Shown: piece by piece, positions 43,556-55,727 of the stretch
How the letters are laid out: each line of letters begins with the position of its first letter
Position numbering within the stretch: the stretch's first letter is position 1
From: an uncultured delta proteobacterium
Lineage (GTDB): Bacteria > Desulfobacterota > Desulfobacteria > Desulfobacterales > JAFDCJ01
DNA: 64,000 bases
NCBI GenBank assembly: GCA_963769935.1
Contig: CAVYNY010000035.1
Location: forward strand, 96,001 to 160,000
Direction: 5' to 3'
The notes under the pieces: model-generated
What the model was told of the DNA's origin: nothing
The model's database searches: none
Seen by the model: only the letters and a program-made list of their open reading frames with translations
Made by a program: the position numbers and the translations under genes

Positions 43556-43876
43556 ATGTACATAGTCACCAGAATTTGGGAAACGAAGCCGATGGAAGCG
43601 CGCCGCGCCGCCACTTTGGCGGCCTTGATTGGCGAGGTGTACGAGAAGGCAGGGCAACGATCATCGGTTCAAGTATCGTTTAACGGTGGGACCTTGCCCG
43701 GCGAGACAAACCGCGTCTACATGCGCTGGATCACTGACAAAATCGAATCACCCTATCGCGGCGGTAACGAAATACCGGAAGAAGCTCGCGAATTGGGGGT
43801 GAAAATGCGGGAAATCACGGTTCGAAGCTGGATTGAGTTCGAAGAGCTTCTGACAGAGGACAAACGCCAGCAATGA
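43556..43876 (+). CDS. Hypothetical protein
   Basis: 106-aa ORF with RBS AAGGAGG. Confidence 0.6.
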   Translation: MYIVTRIWETKPMEARRAATLAALIGEVYEKAGQRSSVQVSFNGGTLPGETNRVYMRWITDKIESPYRGGNEIPEEARELGVKMREITVRSWIEFEELLTEDKRQQ

Positions 43877-44342
43877 CTCTCTTGCCCGTTCGTTTAGCTC
43901 CAGAAAAATTCTGAGTTGCCAAGGTAGCATTGGAATTTTTTAAGAATAAAACGTCGACATGCCCCCCACGCTTCAGAACCAAATATTAAAACTCGATATC
44001 GATTTCGGGGTATACATGGTCGGCCGCTGGGAACGTACCCTGGTGATGCTGGATTCAGGTGACTTTTCCAGGAGGTTGGTGGATGCCGGCCGGAAGGATT
44101 AGGGGTGCCTCAATTCGCGGTGACTTTAAACATGTTGGTTTGAATACCTTAGGATTTCATAATCCAAGTATTATTAACCTGGCACATCACAAATCCAGCC
44201 ATCAAGCGATATCCGACAAGAGATGACAAGAGATGAAATCATAACAAACACTCGCTTTGTAGATCTCCCTATGTGTGAAATCCGTTGTATTCCAGCTTTA
44301 AGACCTCCAGCGGCTGCGTTAGCAGAGGTCGAATAAATACCG

Positions 44343-47300
44343 TCACCCGCTGGCGACCTTGAAGAGTTTATGCGTGTAGGACTCGCGCAGGGCCCGGTGA
44401 ACAGTCGGCGGAAAGGGATGGGGAACTGGTTTGCGGTTGGTATCCCGCCGCACCCACACTACAGTCTGTTCGCCGGCGGCCAATTTCAGATGACGGCCGT
44501 CCGGCAATATCTTGAAGTAGTCGAAATGCAGCGTCGCCCGCGATGTTTGCAGCGTCTTCAATGACATGCGGATTTCGATGCGGTCAAAAGGCATTCCCTC
44601 CCGCAGGTGGTCGATCCGGCAATTCAAACATATCAGCTCACCAGCCTCACCCGTCCCCTGAAAACATTCGGGAACTAAGCTATAGAAATAATGGTCCCGA
44701 GCCCTGCCCTGCCAGGCGTAATAGTTCGCATAATAAATGTTGCCGACGATGTTGCCATCTTCGAGCGAGGTGTCGATGTGTTGGGTATAAAGTACAGGCT
44801 CAATCACCGGTCCGACAGGAGCAATGTACAGATAGTTTTCATCATTGCATTCGTATAAATTGCGCAACGGTTCATGAATCCTGTCCGGTACATAGGGGTC
44901 ATGATTTCTCGACAGCATATCATCCATAAAAGCAGCATAGTAGTCGGGATAAGGTTCTACCTTGGCAACACCGTGGTCGAGGATTCTGACCCATGTAGTC
45001 TTTTGGTCCAACCAGGCCAGACGTTCATACGCACCTCCAGGAAGTAATCTTCTAAAATCATATGTTAATTCAGTCGTAGAATTCTGAGGACCTTCATTCC
45101 CAGACACCCACAGCCAGACTTCGATCAGATCGTGAGTCTTAGCTTCCCCCAGGATCTTCAAATCGGCAAAATTAGTTACACCACCCCATTTGCCGCTTTC
45201 AAATTGTTCTGACAATCTTTCCAAAACAGGCCAGGCCGAGGCTTCACGAACCATCCCGGCCCAGAAAAAATAATGGCTAAAGTAAACATGGCGGCTAAGT
45301 TGTCCGGCCGGTTGGAATGTTACCGGAAAGCGATGAATAAATACATCCTGTCCCTCGGGACCGGCTTTAATGAGTTTATAATGGTGCCGGTCAAACAGAT
45401 CCTCAAAGCCCGGATAGTTGACTTCAGGTTCATCTTCTAACGCTAAGAGGGTGTTGGAATTCTCAGCGCTCAATGCAAACACTCGTTTGTTGCCTCTCGT
45501 TAGTAAGGTTAGAAATGCTATTATTTTACAGTTCCCTTCATCTGAGCTGCAACTAAAAAGCCATCCGTTTTCTATTCTCTTTTCAATGCTCATAAATTTG
45601 ATGTTCCGGATCCCCAATTTTTGAATAACTTCCCTTGCAGCCCAGAGCGCAGTCCCGAGCACATCCATAGCGTCTGCACCTATTTGTTCGTCGATCAGCG
45701 GTCCGCAGACAGGGCCCAAAAGCGTCCTCCCATTGCTCAGTAGACCGATTAGTCACTGGAGCAATATCACAGCCGATCGGTCCGTCGGCCGCTACGGCGA
45801 TGCAGTAACGGTGGTCATGGGCCAGTGAGATCTCCAATGTCTCATTCGCTAAAGCAGCAACAGGTTTGCCCGATGGCTGCCAGATTATCTCAACCGGTGC
45901 TTCCTCTTGTTGACCGCGCCCGCTTGCGTTTCGGACTGCCTTTTCAATCAGCGGCCACTCGAGTTCCCGTCTCGCCTCCCGGGGCAATTCATGAATACCC
46001 GGCCGGAAACCCACGTAGACCTCCGTGAGTTTCAATTTAAAATCGGACGCAATCCGGGTAAGATGCTTCCGAAGTTCGGCCGTGTCATGATCATCCGGCC
46101 GCAGAAAATCCGCCACCGTTGGATAATCCGGGTGATGCTGCAAAATTCTTAACCGGTACCCCTCCATTTCCTCGATCAACCCGCCGGTGTCATCAATCAG
46201 TTTCACGTCGGTATGAACATCCTGATCTTTTTGAGCAACCAAACTGGTTTGAATATGCAAACGGTGCGACTTGGAAGGTGGTTGGCTGGATTGATAAATG
46301 TCCCATCGTTTAACGGAGACCGGCAGCGATGTATCCTGTGGGATCAACAGGGCTGCAGACTGCAACAGCGCATCCCGCTGGAATGGATCACCCAGCATCA
46401 GCCTGCGCTTTTCGGGATTCGCAAACGACAGCTCGCCCGGATCCGCATCAGCGGCGGTTGTGCTCAACAGAACGGTTCCGGATCGATCCCTCAGGCGTTC
46501 GAGCTGATACACCCGATCGATCCGCTGAAAGCGCGGCCCCTGAAACAGCAGGCGGTGTCGATAAAGGTCTGCCGGCAAAATATCCAGGCACTCCTGTCGG
46601 CTGCCAACCAAATGGACGGCAGAATTTTCAGTTTGCACCCATCACGAAGGTGGCTGAAAAATGATCCGATTTCATACCCGCGCCGGGTTTGAATATGCCG
46701 GCTTTGATGCTGCTGGGATCTTCTTTTGCCAGGCGCTCCTGTATCCGGGCATAAACGACGATATCCGCACCATCCTCCGGGTCAACGGTGATGGGCCGCT
46801 GCATTTGGAGATCCTCCACGCTTATGCTGCGAAATTTCGTTAAACCGGTAACATGGGCGACCACCTGGGCCATCGCTTCCAGGCCGAATACCGTCGGAAA
46901 CAAATAGGAGCCGTTAAAGCAGTGGTCTTTGAGATAAAGATCCTGCGCATGCGACAGGTGGACTGCGAAAGCGGATTCGACCCCGGGAGTATGGTGGATC
47001 AACCGGTCCAGGAACCGTGCGCCGTCAAGGGGTTGCGTGGGCTGCATCGGCAGGGTATCCAAGGGCGCCATGCGGGCCGAAATGACCACCTGATGGGTGC
47101 CGGGATCATGGCGGAACAGGCGCACAAAGCGTCGAATACCCTCTTCATTTGGAATCGCATCAATCCCCTTTCTCTTCAGGGCCGAGACACTGCCCAGTTT
47201 CGCCCCCATGCCTGTATCGCGCCAGACGCTGTAGGCAACTGAGAGCGTCCGCGTTTGCGGGTGATCGGCTCCAAAATGGCGCAGAATAAGGTCCAGGGCT

Positions 47301-50300
47301 TCGTTGGAGAAAGCATACCAGCTGTTGCCCGGCATTCCGGAAACGCCGATTACCGAGGTCAGGCCGACAATTAGCTTGGGCGGATTCTGCTTCAACTCGG
47401 CTAGGATGTTTTGCGCGCCGATAACCTTGGGAGAGACTTCGCGGAGCGCGTCCCCGGGTGCCACCTGGGCGATGCGCCGCGGCAGGTTGAGACCGGCCCC
47501 GTGAATGACGCCGGTGATTGGCCCCATATCCCGGCGGATTTGCTTCAGGGTCTCATGCAGCGCATCTTTTTCACAAACATCGCAACTGTAGTAGCGTGCT
47601 TCAAGGCCAAGGCCCTCAAAGCGCTCCAGCACACCGGCACTGTTGCCCCCGTCCAAATCATCCTTTTTGAGCCCGCTCCGCGGTGTGCGCCCGATCAGCG
47701 CCATGCGGGCTCCGGTGTTGCGCGCCACGGCCAGAGCGCATTCGGATGTAATTCCTTTGGCGCCTCCTGTGACAAGGATGACGTCGTTCGTCGACCACGG
47801 AATATTATCTGAACAATAATAGACTGGCTGCAATAGATTTACCCGGGCCGTGCGTCGTGTGAGCTTCCGGTCGTAGCCGACCTCGGCAAATTTTGTGGGA
47901 TCCTGCATCTCCTGGATGGCCTTTTCGGCGATCTCTTTTTCGGCTATCTTCGAATCGAAATCAATCACACGGACCTTCAAATCCCGCCGCTCGAGATGCA
48001 CGCTCTTAGCCAGCGCTGAGGTGCAGCACTGGTGGAGGTCGGCGGCATCGGAGCCGGTTCCGAAAACCCCCCCGCCGAACTGGATAAAAGCCAGACAGGC
48101 GTGACGGCGGCGGCCACTGGAGGCCGGCGATGGAAGAGCCGCACAGGCCAACCGGCCAATAATGGACTTCATGTCATCCTCGGCTGGCGGGTCTTCCCGG
48201 CTCGAACGCGGCAACACCACAATAAAATGTGAAAATTTGCCAAAACCATGGGAGAAGTCAATGGATGTGTCTGGATCATAGGCAATTCGAAAGACCCCGG
48301 CGCCTCTTTCGACCAACTGATCGCCAAGCGCCTGGCAGATGTCGTCTTGCGAATCAGGACTTAAAATCAGGACATTGGCTTTGGACCATTTGTCCTCGGT
48401 GCGTTTTCCAAAACCGGCCGGCAGCGGGGCTGGATCCGTCTCAACCAGGCTGACTTTGAATTCCCTGACCCAGGAGTGCGGCAGAGCGGCAACGGCCGCA
48501 TCTACCGCCAAGCTATCGGTATTGGCAACGCGGGCAATAATAGCGGCGATCTGATTTAAACCGAGATTTATCAAGGGAGGAAGATCAATATTAAGATTCA
48601 GATGAAATTGATTGGATACCGCCTGCAACAGGTCCTCCATTTGCTCGACACCCAGTCCGAATTGGGAGCCCACCGGCGCATCAGCCGATATTTCCGCCTC
48701 GGGGATACCGGTAAACCAAGCAACCTGTTGCACGAGTGCCTGCAATCCATCCCGATGGTCGAACCGGCTGGGTTCGATGCCGCCCTCTTCAAGTCCTTCA
48801 CGCAGACGACCGAACAAATCGATAATTTCCTGGATCGATGCATTAGCCAGTTCTGCCGGATCGACCTGTCCTGCAAGCCCCAAATTCTGTGCGTAGCCGG
48901 CGATGATATCCCCGGATTTGATGGAATCCAGATTCAAGTCATCCAAAAGCCGCAGATCCGGGGTCAGGGTTTCCCTGGGAAAACCGGTGGCTTTTACAAC
49001 CATGCTGTAGAAATGTTCGCCTCCGTGGGATTTTGTCAGAACCGCTTTTTCCTTAGGGGATATTTCGGTCTCAGTTCGGATTTCGGGGCTGCTTTCCGGA
49101 TTGTCGGGGCAGATTTCGACCAGGCTGTGCTTGAGATCGGCTTTGATGACCTCGGCCAGAAAGGCACCCCGCCTGTTCAAATAGTCGCCGAGAGCATCGG
49201 GGGAAAGACCGGCCAGATCCGACAGTAGTGATTCCGCAACTGCCGGGGTGGGTATATGTGCAGCGGGAAGATCCTCGATTTGGCCGGTAAGCGGTTTTTC
49301 GCAGGGGTTTGTAATAAAAGATTTATTGCCGGCCGGAATAAAGGGGTGCATCAGCCGATTCGCATACAATTTGCCCCAGTTGATTTCCGTGCCGCTAACA
49401 AAGAGCCTTGCCAGCAGCTGGTTTAAATCCAGGGTTTGAGATGGCGATGACTCCACCGGCATACAAAAGGGATGATCGTGGTTGGATCCGTGATTCACCA
49501 GGCCGCTCAAAACCCGGCCGGGTCCGACTTCTATCAGGATGTCACTGACTTCGGCGATTGATTCAGCCATTGCGCTAAATTGGACCTGAGCCGTGATCTG
49601 ATGAATAAAGTGCCCCGGCAAATCGTGTCCTGTAAAAACCTCCCCTCCATCCAATCCGCTGAATACACGTATTTTAGGCTTGACAAGTTCGGGCGGCAGC
49701 GTGATGGTTTTGACCATTTTGTCAGCGGCGGGAGCCATCAGCCGGCTATGAAAAGCATTCGAGACCGGCAATAAACGTGTCGAAATATTCTCAGCACGCG
49801 CTAATTGCCGCATCTGATCGATGGCCGCAACCTCACCGGAGACCACCATATGATCGAATGCATTGATATTGGCCAGTGCAGCATAGCCTTCGGTTAAGCG
49901 TTCGAGCAAGGCGTCTACCTGTCCTCGGCTGCATTTCAGGCTCAGCATCGCGCCCGATTGGGGCAGGGTCATGGCCTGTCCCCGCATGAAAGCGAAGCGC
50001 AGCAGCGTGTTTTCATCGAAAGCACCGGCCGCGTAAAATGCAGTAGCCTCACCGAGACTATGGCCGCCGACTGCCGCCGGCACAACGCCGAGATCCAAAA
50101 GGAACCGGTGCCAGAGAATCGAGGCGAGGCAGATGGCCGGCTGTGCATTTGCTGTCAGAGGATAGCGTTCGATACCAGGCGTCCAATTGACTGGCGTTTT
50201 TTGCGCGGTCAAGCGGCGGATAGATGATCCGGCTGAGGGGCTCGGTCTGAAGTTCTTCGCACAGATTATCGGCAGTTTGCAGAATATCCCGGGCCCACTG

Positions 50301-52180
50301 AAATCGCTCGACCAGAAGTTCGGGCCATACCCAATTGTTGTGATCCCTGGCCGGGAAACAGGAACCCGATACGCGGCGGCGCCGCCGGGTGTCCGAGCCA
50401 AATGCCCTCAGTCTCGAATTCCGCTGCAGATGCCCGGAATCGAGGCTTGAATGACTCTAGCATCGATCGAAGCTTTTGCAGCTTACGATGGAGGTCAGTC
50501 AGGATGTCCGGCCATAAAAGCCGCCCGCAGTCAGGTGTTGCGGATTCACCTTATTTGCCAGATGGGCTGCAAAATCAGTCATTTCGGCTAAACTGATGCC
50601 GTTGGTGATTTCGGATGTTTCGCGGCAGATTGCAGCCAATTTCGAGTAGTCCGATCCGCTCGAGGACGAACAACTCCTCGACCTGGTCGGACGCCATCAA
50701 GGCCCGCTCATCGATAGCTGGTTCGAGACGGCTTGCAGGCGGATCTGCGGATGCGATGGTGAGATGGCAATTGATGCCGCCAAAACCCATGGCCGAAATT
50801 CCGGCCTTCAACTTCTCAGCCGGTGCATGCCGTTCGCCGTGTTGGATGGGGTAAACGCCTCGGGCCGCTTTTTCAAATGCCGGATTGGGATAGCGACACG
50901 CTGCCGTCGGCGGGCAGATACGGCGATTGACCCCTATGACCGCCTTGATGAATCCGCCCACTCCACTGGCTGCTTTGGTATGACCCAGGATAGACTTCAG
51001 TGATGAAATTCCGCAATATCGCAGGGATGGATCGCGTAACGGTTGGCCATTCATGGCAGCTGCAATAGCCTCCAACTCGATGCGATCGCCGACAGCCGTC
51101 CCGGTGCCATGGCCTTCTATAAAGTTGACATCATGGATGCCATAGGCGGCCTTTGCATATGCTCTTTCAATGGCAAGCTTCTGGCCCGAGACGCTTGGCG
51201 CAGTCAGGGCGGCATTGCCGCCGTCCGAGGATATGCCCCAGCCATGCAGGACGGCATAAATGTAGTTGCCATCTTTCAGGGCGTCTTCATGGCGCTTCAA
51301 CACCACAAAGCCGCATCCTTCACCCGGTATAAACCCGTTGCCCCGGCGGTCGTAAACGGTCATATCCCCGGGTGTCAGCGCAAGGGTTTTGGAAAATCCG
51401 ATCAGCTCGAATGGATCCAAACTAATATCGACACCACCCGCCAGAGCCAGATCCAGTTCTCCATTCGCCAGTCCAGCAGCAGCCGTTGCGATGGCCAGCA
51501 GCGATGAGGAGCAGGCCCCATCGACCGTATATCCGCCGCCGTCGGCATTCAAGTAATTGCAGATACGGCCGGCAATGGTATTTGAAAGGCCGCCGGCAAG
51601 CGTATCTTCATTGACGGCCGGAAATACCGATTTGTAGTGTTGTTCCAGCACCTCTTCCAATCGGTGCATTTCCCCGGCGGGCATTTTGCATTGTTGCGCG
51701 GCCGCCAGGAAAACTTTGCGAATGATAGGGCCACCTAGCCCGCAAACTGTTGGAACGGGTTTGCTCACCCGTGAGGGTGTTGCCGACGATTACCCCCGTG
51801 CGCCGGCCGGGAAAATCGTCGGCATTGAATCCGGCGTCCGCGATGGCCTGCAGCGCAGTGTCAAGGGCGAGCCAATGGACGATGTCCGTTGCTTCGTAGG
51901 TTGATTTGGGTATGCGGTGGGCCGACCAGTCAAATTCGAATCCGTCGATGACCGCAGCCTGCCGGGCATAGGATTTGTCCGGGGTTTTGACGTCTTCGTG
52001 ATAATAGTCGGCTAATGGCATGCGACAATCGGGCATCCGTCTGAATTGACGCCGGCGACCGAGCACGTTTTCCCACAATTGCCGCGGGGAGGAAGATCCC
52101 GGATAGCGGCAACCCATACCGATCACGGCGATGGGGATCGAAAACCGTTTTCTGTTCAATTGAGTCCCTTCCTTACCCAT
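44343..52180 (-). CDS. Enediyne-type (PKSE-like) iterative type I PKS: KS-AT-ACP-ACP*-KR-DH-PPTase-TE-TE, split by several apparent frameshifts
   Basis: KS: GNTLTGE..R..WPY, EDTLAGGLSNTIAGRICN, DGACSSS, EGHGTGT, GHTKAA. AT: FPGQGSQ, GHSLG, AFHS. ACP: LNLDSIK. KR: TGGAKGIT, HGAG, YAFSN. DH: YLKDH...FP. PPTase: ISLAH, GCDI, WAAREVIQK. TE: GNIYYANYYAWQGRAR. Confidence 0.85.
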
Positions 52181-52577
52181 GCTCTCAAGGCCACTCCAAT
52201 TTGGGGTGGTTCACTTCATTAAGTAACAAATATTGCGATATGCAATGCGCTGACTTGTGTTTGTCGCGCCCGAATGCATCGTAAGGCTGGAAACGCGGAA
52301 AGTTCTAAAGAATTTCACCATTTTACCGATAATAAACCTGAATTGCTACTAACATGGAGGCAATAAAGAATCAAGTCCTAACAGAATAAATATTAAAAAA
52401 ATCAGATAGTTAATAAATTTTATTTTTCAAATGAATTTTCAAAGGCCTCTTAATTCAAAAAACAAACTGATTTGGCTTCAGTTTGTATATTTTAAAGGAA
52501 GATTTACCTTTTGCCATTCATATTTGCTAATAATTAGCCGGACTATATTTCTGTTTTCGAGGGAATCCCGACAGTAA

Positions 52578-54947
52578 ATGAATCCAATATGTCTCAAAGA
52601 TATTTTACTTTCCGGAAATCACCGGACATCCACTGCCGTTAAGCTCAAGATCAATCCACTTACACTTTCCTTCCGTGAAGAACAGGCTGGTCTCGAGAAG
52701 CTTTTCTCCTCCAATTATTTTAGTACGAATCTCAAGCATTCAAGACTGTGTCATCTTTTTGCCATATTCTTTTATGGTATCAGCGGGATTCTGGAATTGG
52801 TATTATTTCCAGATTCTAAAGGGGTGGTTTGGACAATCCGCTACGGTATCGTCATCCCCATATTTATCACAGGTCTGCTGTTTTCCTTTTCGACCTATTA
52901 CGCTAAATTCTGGCAATTAATTCATGGGATTTACATTATGGCAACCGGTATCGGTTTTTTAGCGATGATTATTTTTGGACCGAAACCCGCAGTTTTTTCA
53001 TACTATGTTGGCATCATCATGAGCATGTTTTTCGGTTATACGTTTATTCGCGAGCGCTTTATTTTTGCCTCCACATCAGGTTGCCTGCTTCTGATCTCCT
53101 ACTTATTAGCCTCAATATATGTAATCGGTACGCCGTTTAACATCCTATTTCACGACACCTTATATCTGAGCTGTGCGAATCTGCTGGGAATGATGATCTG
53201 CTATTTCATGGAGTACTCCGCCCGAAGAGATTTTTACCTAGTGAATCTATATCAGGAAGAAAGAGAGAAGGTTAACGTTGCAAACCAAGAACTGGAGCGC
53301 CGAGTCAGGGATCGCACCAATGAACTGTGGCAAACCAATAGCAATCTGAGACAGGAAATCATCGAGCGCCAGCGTGCTGAAAGCGCCCTGCGGGAGTCTG
53401 AAGAAAAATATCGTTTGCTGATCGACAATGCGGACACGGCAATTTTTATCGCTCAGGACGGGGTTATCAAATTTCCAAACCCGAAAACCATGGAGTTAAC
53501 CGGCTATATCGCGCAGGAATTGGCCACCAAACCCTTTTCCAATCTCATTCATCACAATGACCGGGACCTGGTCATGGAACGGCACCGGGCTAGGCTGGCG
53601 GGAGAAGATCTGCCCGGCAGCTATGAATTCAGGTTTTTAAACAAGGATGGTCGGGAACTGTGGGGCCATCTCAACACAGCCGTGATATCCTGGGAAAGAC
53701 GCCCGGCAACTCTGAATTTTTTGCGTGATGTCACATCCCAGAAGATTTTGGAAAACAAGTTGAGACAGGCCCAAAAATTGGAAGCCATCGGCACGGTGGC
53801 CGGGGGTGTCGCCCATGACCTGAATAACATTTTATCGGGTGTTGTCAGTTACCCGGAACTTCTGCTGCTGGATTTGCCTGCTGACAGCCCCTTGAGAGCG
53901 CCTATCGAAACCATTCAGGAAACTGGGAAAAAAGCCGCCGCCATTGTGCAGGACATGCTGACGCTGGCCAGACGGGGCGTAGAAGTTTCCGAGGTTATAA
54001 ATTTGAACCAGATTGTCGCTGACTATCTGAGCAGTCCGGAGTATGAAAAGCTATGCTCCTATCATGAGCAGATGTCAGTTGAAATGGATATGGATCCGAA
54101 TTTGCATAACATATCAGGGTCCCCCATTCATATTTTAAAAACCATCATGAATCTAGTTTCGAACGCCGCCGAAGCCATGCCGGAAGGCGGAACTATCCAA
54201 ATCTCAACCAAAAACTGCAATATCGCCGGATCTCATAAAGAAATAGAGAAAATTGCGCCGGGTGAATACGCCACCCTGTCCATCGTCGACAGCGGGACAG
54301 GAATCTCGGCGCAGGATCTGGACCGGATATTTGAACCTTTCTTCACCAAGAAGAAGATGGGCCGGAGCGGAACCGGTTTGGGAATGGCCGTGGTATGGGG
54401 AACGGTCCATGACCATAATGGCCATATCGAAGTTCAAACGACGGAGGGCAAAGGTACGGCCTTCACCCTTTACTTTCCCACCACCAGTGAACCGTCGCTG
54501 CAAGATAAACCGAAGCCGTCCCTAAATGATTTGAAAGGCCATGGAGAGTCAATCCTTGTCGTCGACGATGTCCGGGAACAAAGAGAGATTGCCTCCAAGA
54601 TATTAAAAAAATTGGGATATATGGTGACAACCGCTGCGAGCGGCGAGGATGCCGTTCAATATCTGAAAGAGAAATCCGCCGATCTGCTGATTCTGGATAT
54701 GATTATGAGTCCGGGGATTGACGGACTTGAGACTTATCAACGCGCACTGGAGATACGGTCAGATCAGAAGGCAATTATCGCCAGCGGTTTTTCGGAAACG
54801 GAGCGTGTCAAAGAGGCTCAGCTTTTAGGGGCAACGAAATATGTAAAAAAGCCATATTCAATCGAAAAAATCGGTGAAGCAGTGAAAGCGGAGCTGCACG
54901 GCGGCAGAACCAACAGCCGGATTAAAACCAGATCAGTTGAGCATTAG
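52578..54947 (+). CDS. Hybrid sensor histidine kinase (multi-TM, PAS, HisKA, HATPase, REC)
   Basis: About six TMs, PAS, GGVAHDLNNIL, NAAEAMP, GTGLG, REC LDMIM. Confidence 0.9.
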   Translation: MNPICLKDILLSGNHRTSTAVKLKINPLTLSFREEQAGLEKLFSSNYFSTNLKHSRLCHLFAIFFYGISGILELVLFPDSKGVVWTIRYGIVIPIFITGLLFSFSTYYAKFWQLIHGIYIMATGIGFLAMIIFGPKPAVFSYYVGIIMSMFFGYTFIRERFIFASTSGCLLLISYLLASIYVIGTPFNILFHDTLYLSCANLLGMMICYFMEYSARRDFYLVNLYQEEREKVNVANQELERRVRDRTNELWQTNSNLRQEIIERQRAESALRESEEKYRLLIDNADTAIFIAQDGVIKFPNPKTMELTGYIAQELATKPFSNLIHHNDRDLVMERHRARLAGEDLPGSYEFRFLNKDGRELWGHLNTAVISWERRPATLNFLRDVTSQKILENKLRQAQKLEAIGTVAGGVAHDLNNILSGVVSYPELLLLDLPADSPLRAPIETIQETGKKAAAIVQDMLTLARRGVEVSEVINLNQIVADYLSSPEYEKLCSYHEQMSVEMDMDPNLHNISGSPIHILKTIMNLVSNAAEAMPEGGTIQISTKNCNIAGSHKEIEKIAPGEYATLSIVDSGTGISAQDLDRIFEPFFTKKKMGRSGTGLGMAVVWGTVHDHNGHIEVQTTEGKGTAFTLYFPTTSEPSLQDKPKPSLNDLKGHGESILVVDDVREQREIASKILKKLGYMVTTAASGEDAVQYLKEKSADLLILDMIMSPGIDGLETYQRALEIRSDQKAIIASGFSETERVKEAQLLGATKYVKKPYSIEKIGEAVKAELHGGRTNSRIKTRSVEH

Positions 54948-55074
54948 ATGAAAAACCCTGGGATGCCAACGCAAAATCTTCCATTATTCTTGACAGGTAT
55001 GATCGATTCTCATATGCTTTCATACGGTTTTATCTGGACTATTATGGTTTTAAAATAGGAGATTAAGAAAAGAA

Positions 55075-55353
55075 ATGACCACAGAAGAACGCGGGGTAGG
55101 CGTGGACGATGTAGCCGTCCACCTCGGGGTGGCCAAGGACCCGGTGTATAGATGAATCGAGCAACGGAAGCTTCCTGCTCACCGAGTGGGATGACTCTTT
55201 CGTTTCAAGTTATCCGAAATAGACGAGTGGGTGCGCCAAGACAACGAGCGGGAGCAGTCCCCAAATTTCGTCAAAAGCCGACCCTCCTCGAAAACAGATG
55301 CAAATCAATCAACAACAAAAACACGCTCACGTAAGATAGGCTGGAATGAGTAG
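55075..55353 (+). pseudogene. Excisionase-like HTH DNA-binding protein pseudogene
   Basis: MTTEERGVGVDDVAVHLGVAKDPVYR*IEQRKLPAHRVG*LFRFKLSEIDEWVR, with stops at 55153 and 55192. RBS AGGAG. Confidence 0.75.
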
Positions 55354-55520
55354 CAATCTGCTCACATCTCAGATAGGGCAGCGGATATTGCTCCGTGGGC
55401 ACTTTGATGTTCTCGTGGCCCTGGAAGATGCGCGACCGCTCGGCTCTGATGATTCGGCAGGCTTTGAGTGCCGTGTTTATCTTTCTGACGGTTCATTGGA
55501 AGAAGCTGTTATTTCCGGGA
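55346..55520 (+). pseudogene. N-terminal fragment, probably of a defence-associated SNF2-type helicase
   Basis: IGQRILLRGHFDVLVALEDARPL...ECRVYLSDGSLEEAVIS. Family recognised from memory only. Confidence 0.4.
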
Positions 55521-55524
55521 AAGG

Positions 55525-55727
55525 GTGGCGGCACGGTTCTATCAGGAGTATCTCCCCAATGCAGTAGCTCCCGATATCCTGGCAACCAATGACCGATCTT
55601 ACGAAGAAAAGCTGGCCTCTTGTCGAATGATCGCCTCAGTGGACGATCCTACGCCAACGATTCTGGGCGTGCTGGTCCTGGGTGTGTCGTCGCGGGATTG
55701 GATTCCCGGCGCTTACATCCAATTCCT
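55525..55727 (+). pseudogene. Internal fragment of an AlbA/Schlafen-HATPase-type protein
   Basis: EYLPNAV..DIL..NDRSYEEKLAS.RMI...PTILGVLVLG...IPGAYIQFL. Confidence 0.5.

Noticed and set aside
44343..52180. PUFA synthase (PfaA) or a complete enediyne biosynthetic cluster
   Set aside because: The KS motifs, integrated PPTase and E10-like TE fit PKSE better than PfaA. No pfaBCD, E3/E4/E5 or tailoring genes are adjacent.
55075..55353. TGA recoding (Trp or Sec) in the HTH gene
   Set aside because: One TGA sits at a Trp position and the other at an Arg position, TGA ends many genes here, and neighbouring genes are also decayed.
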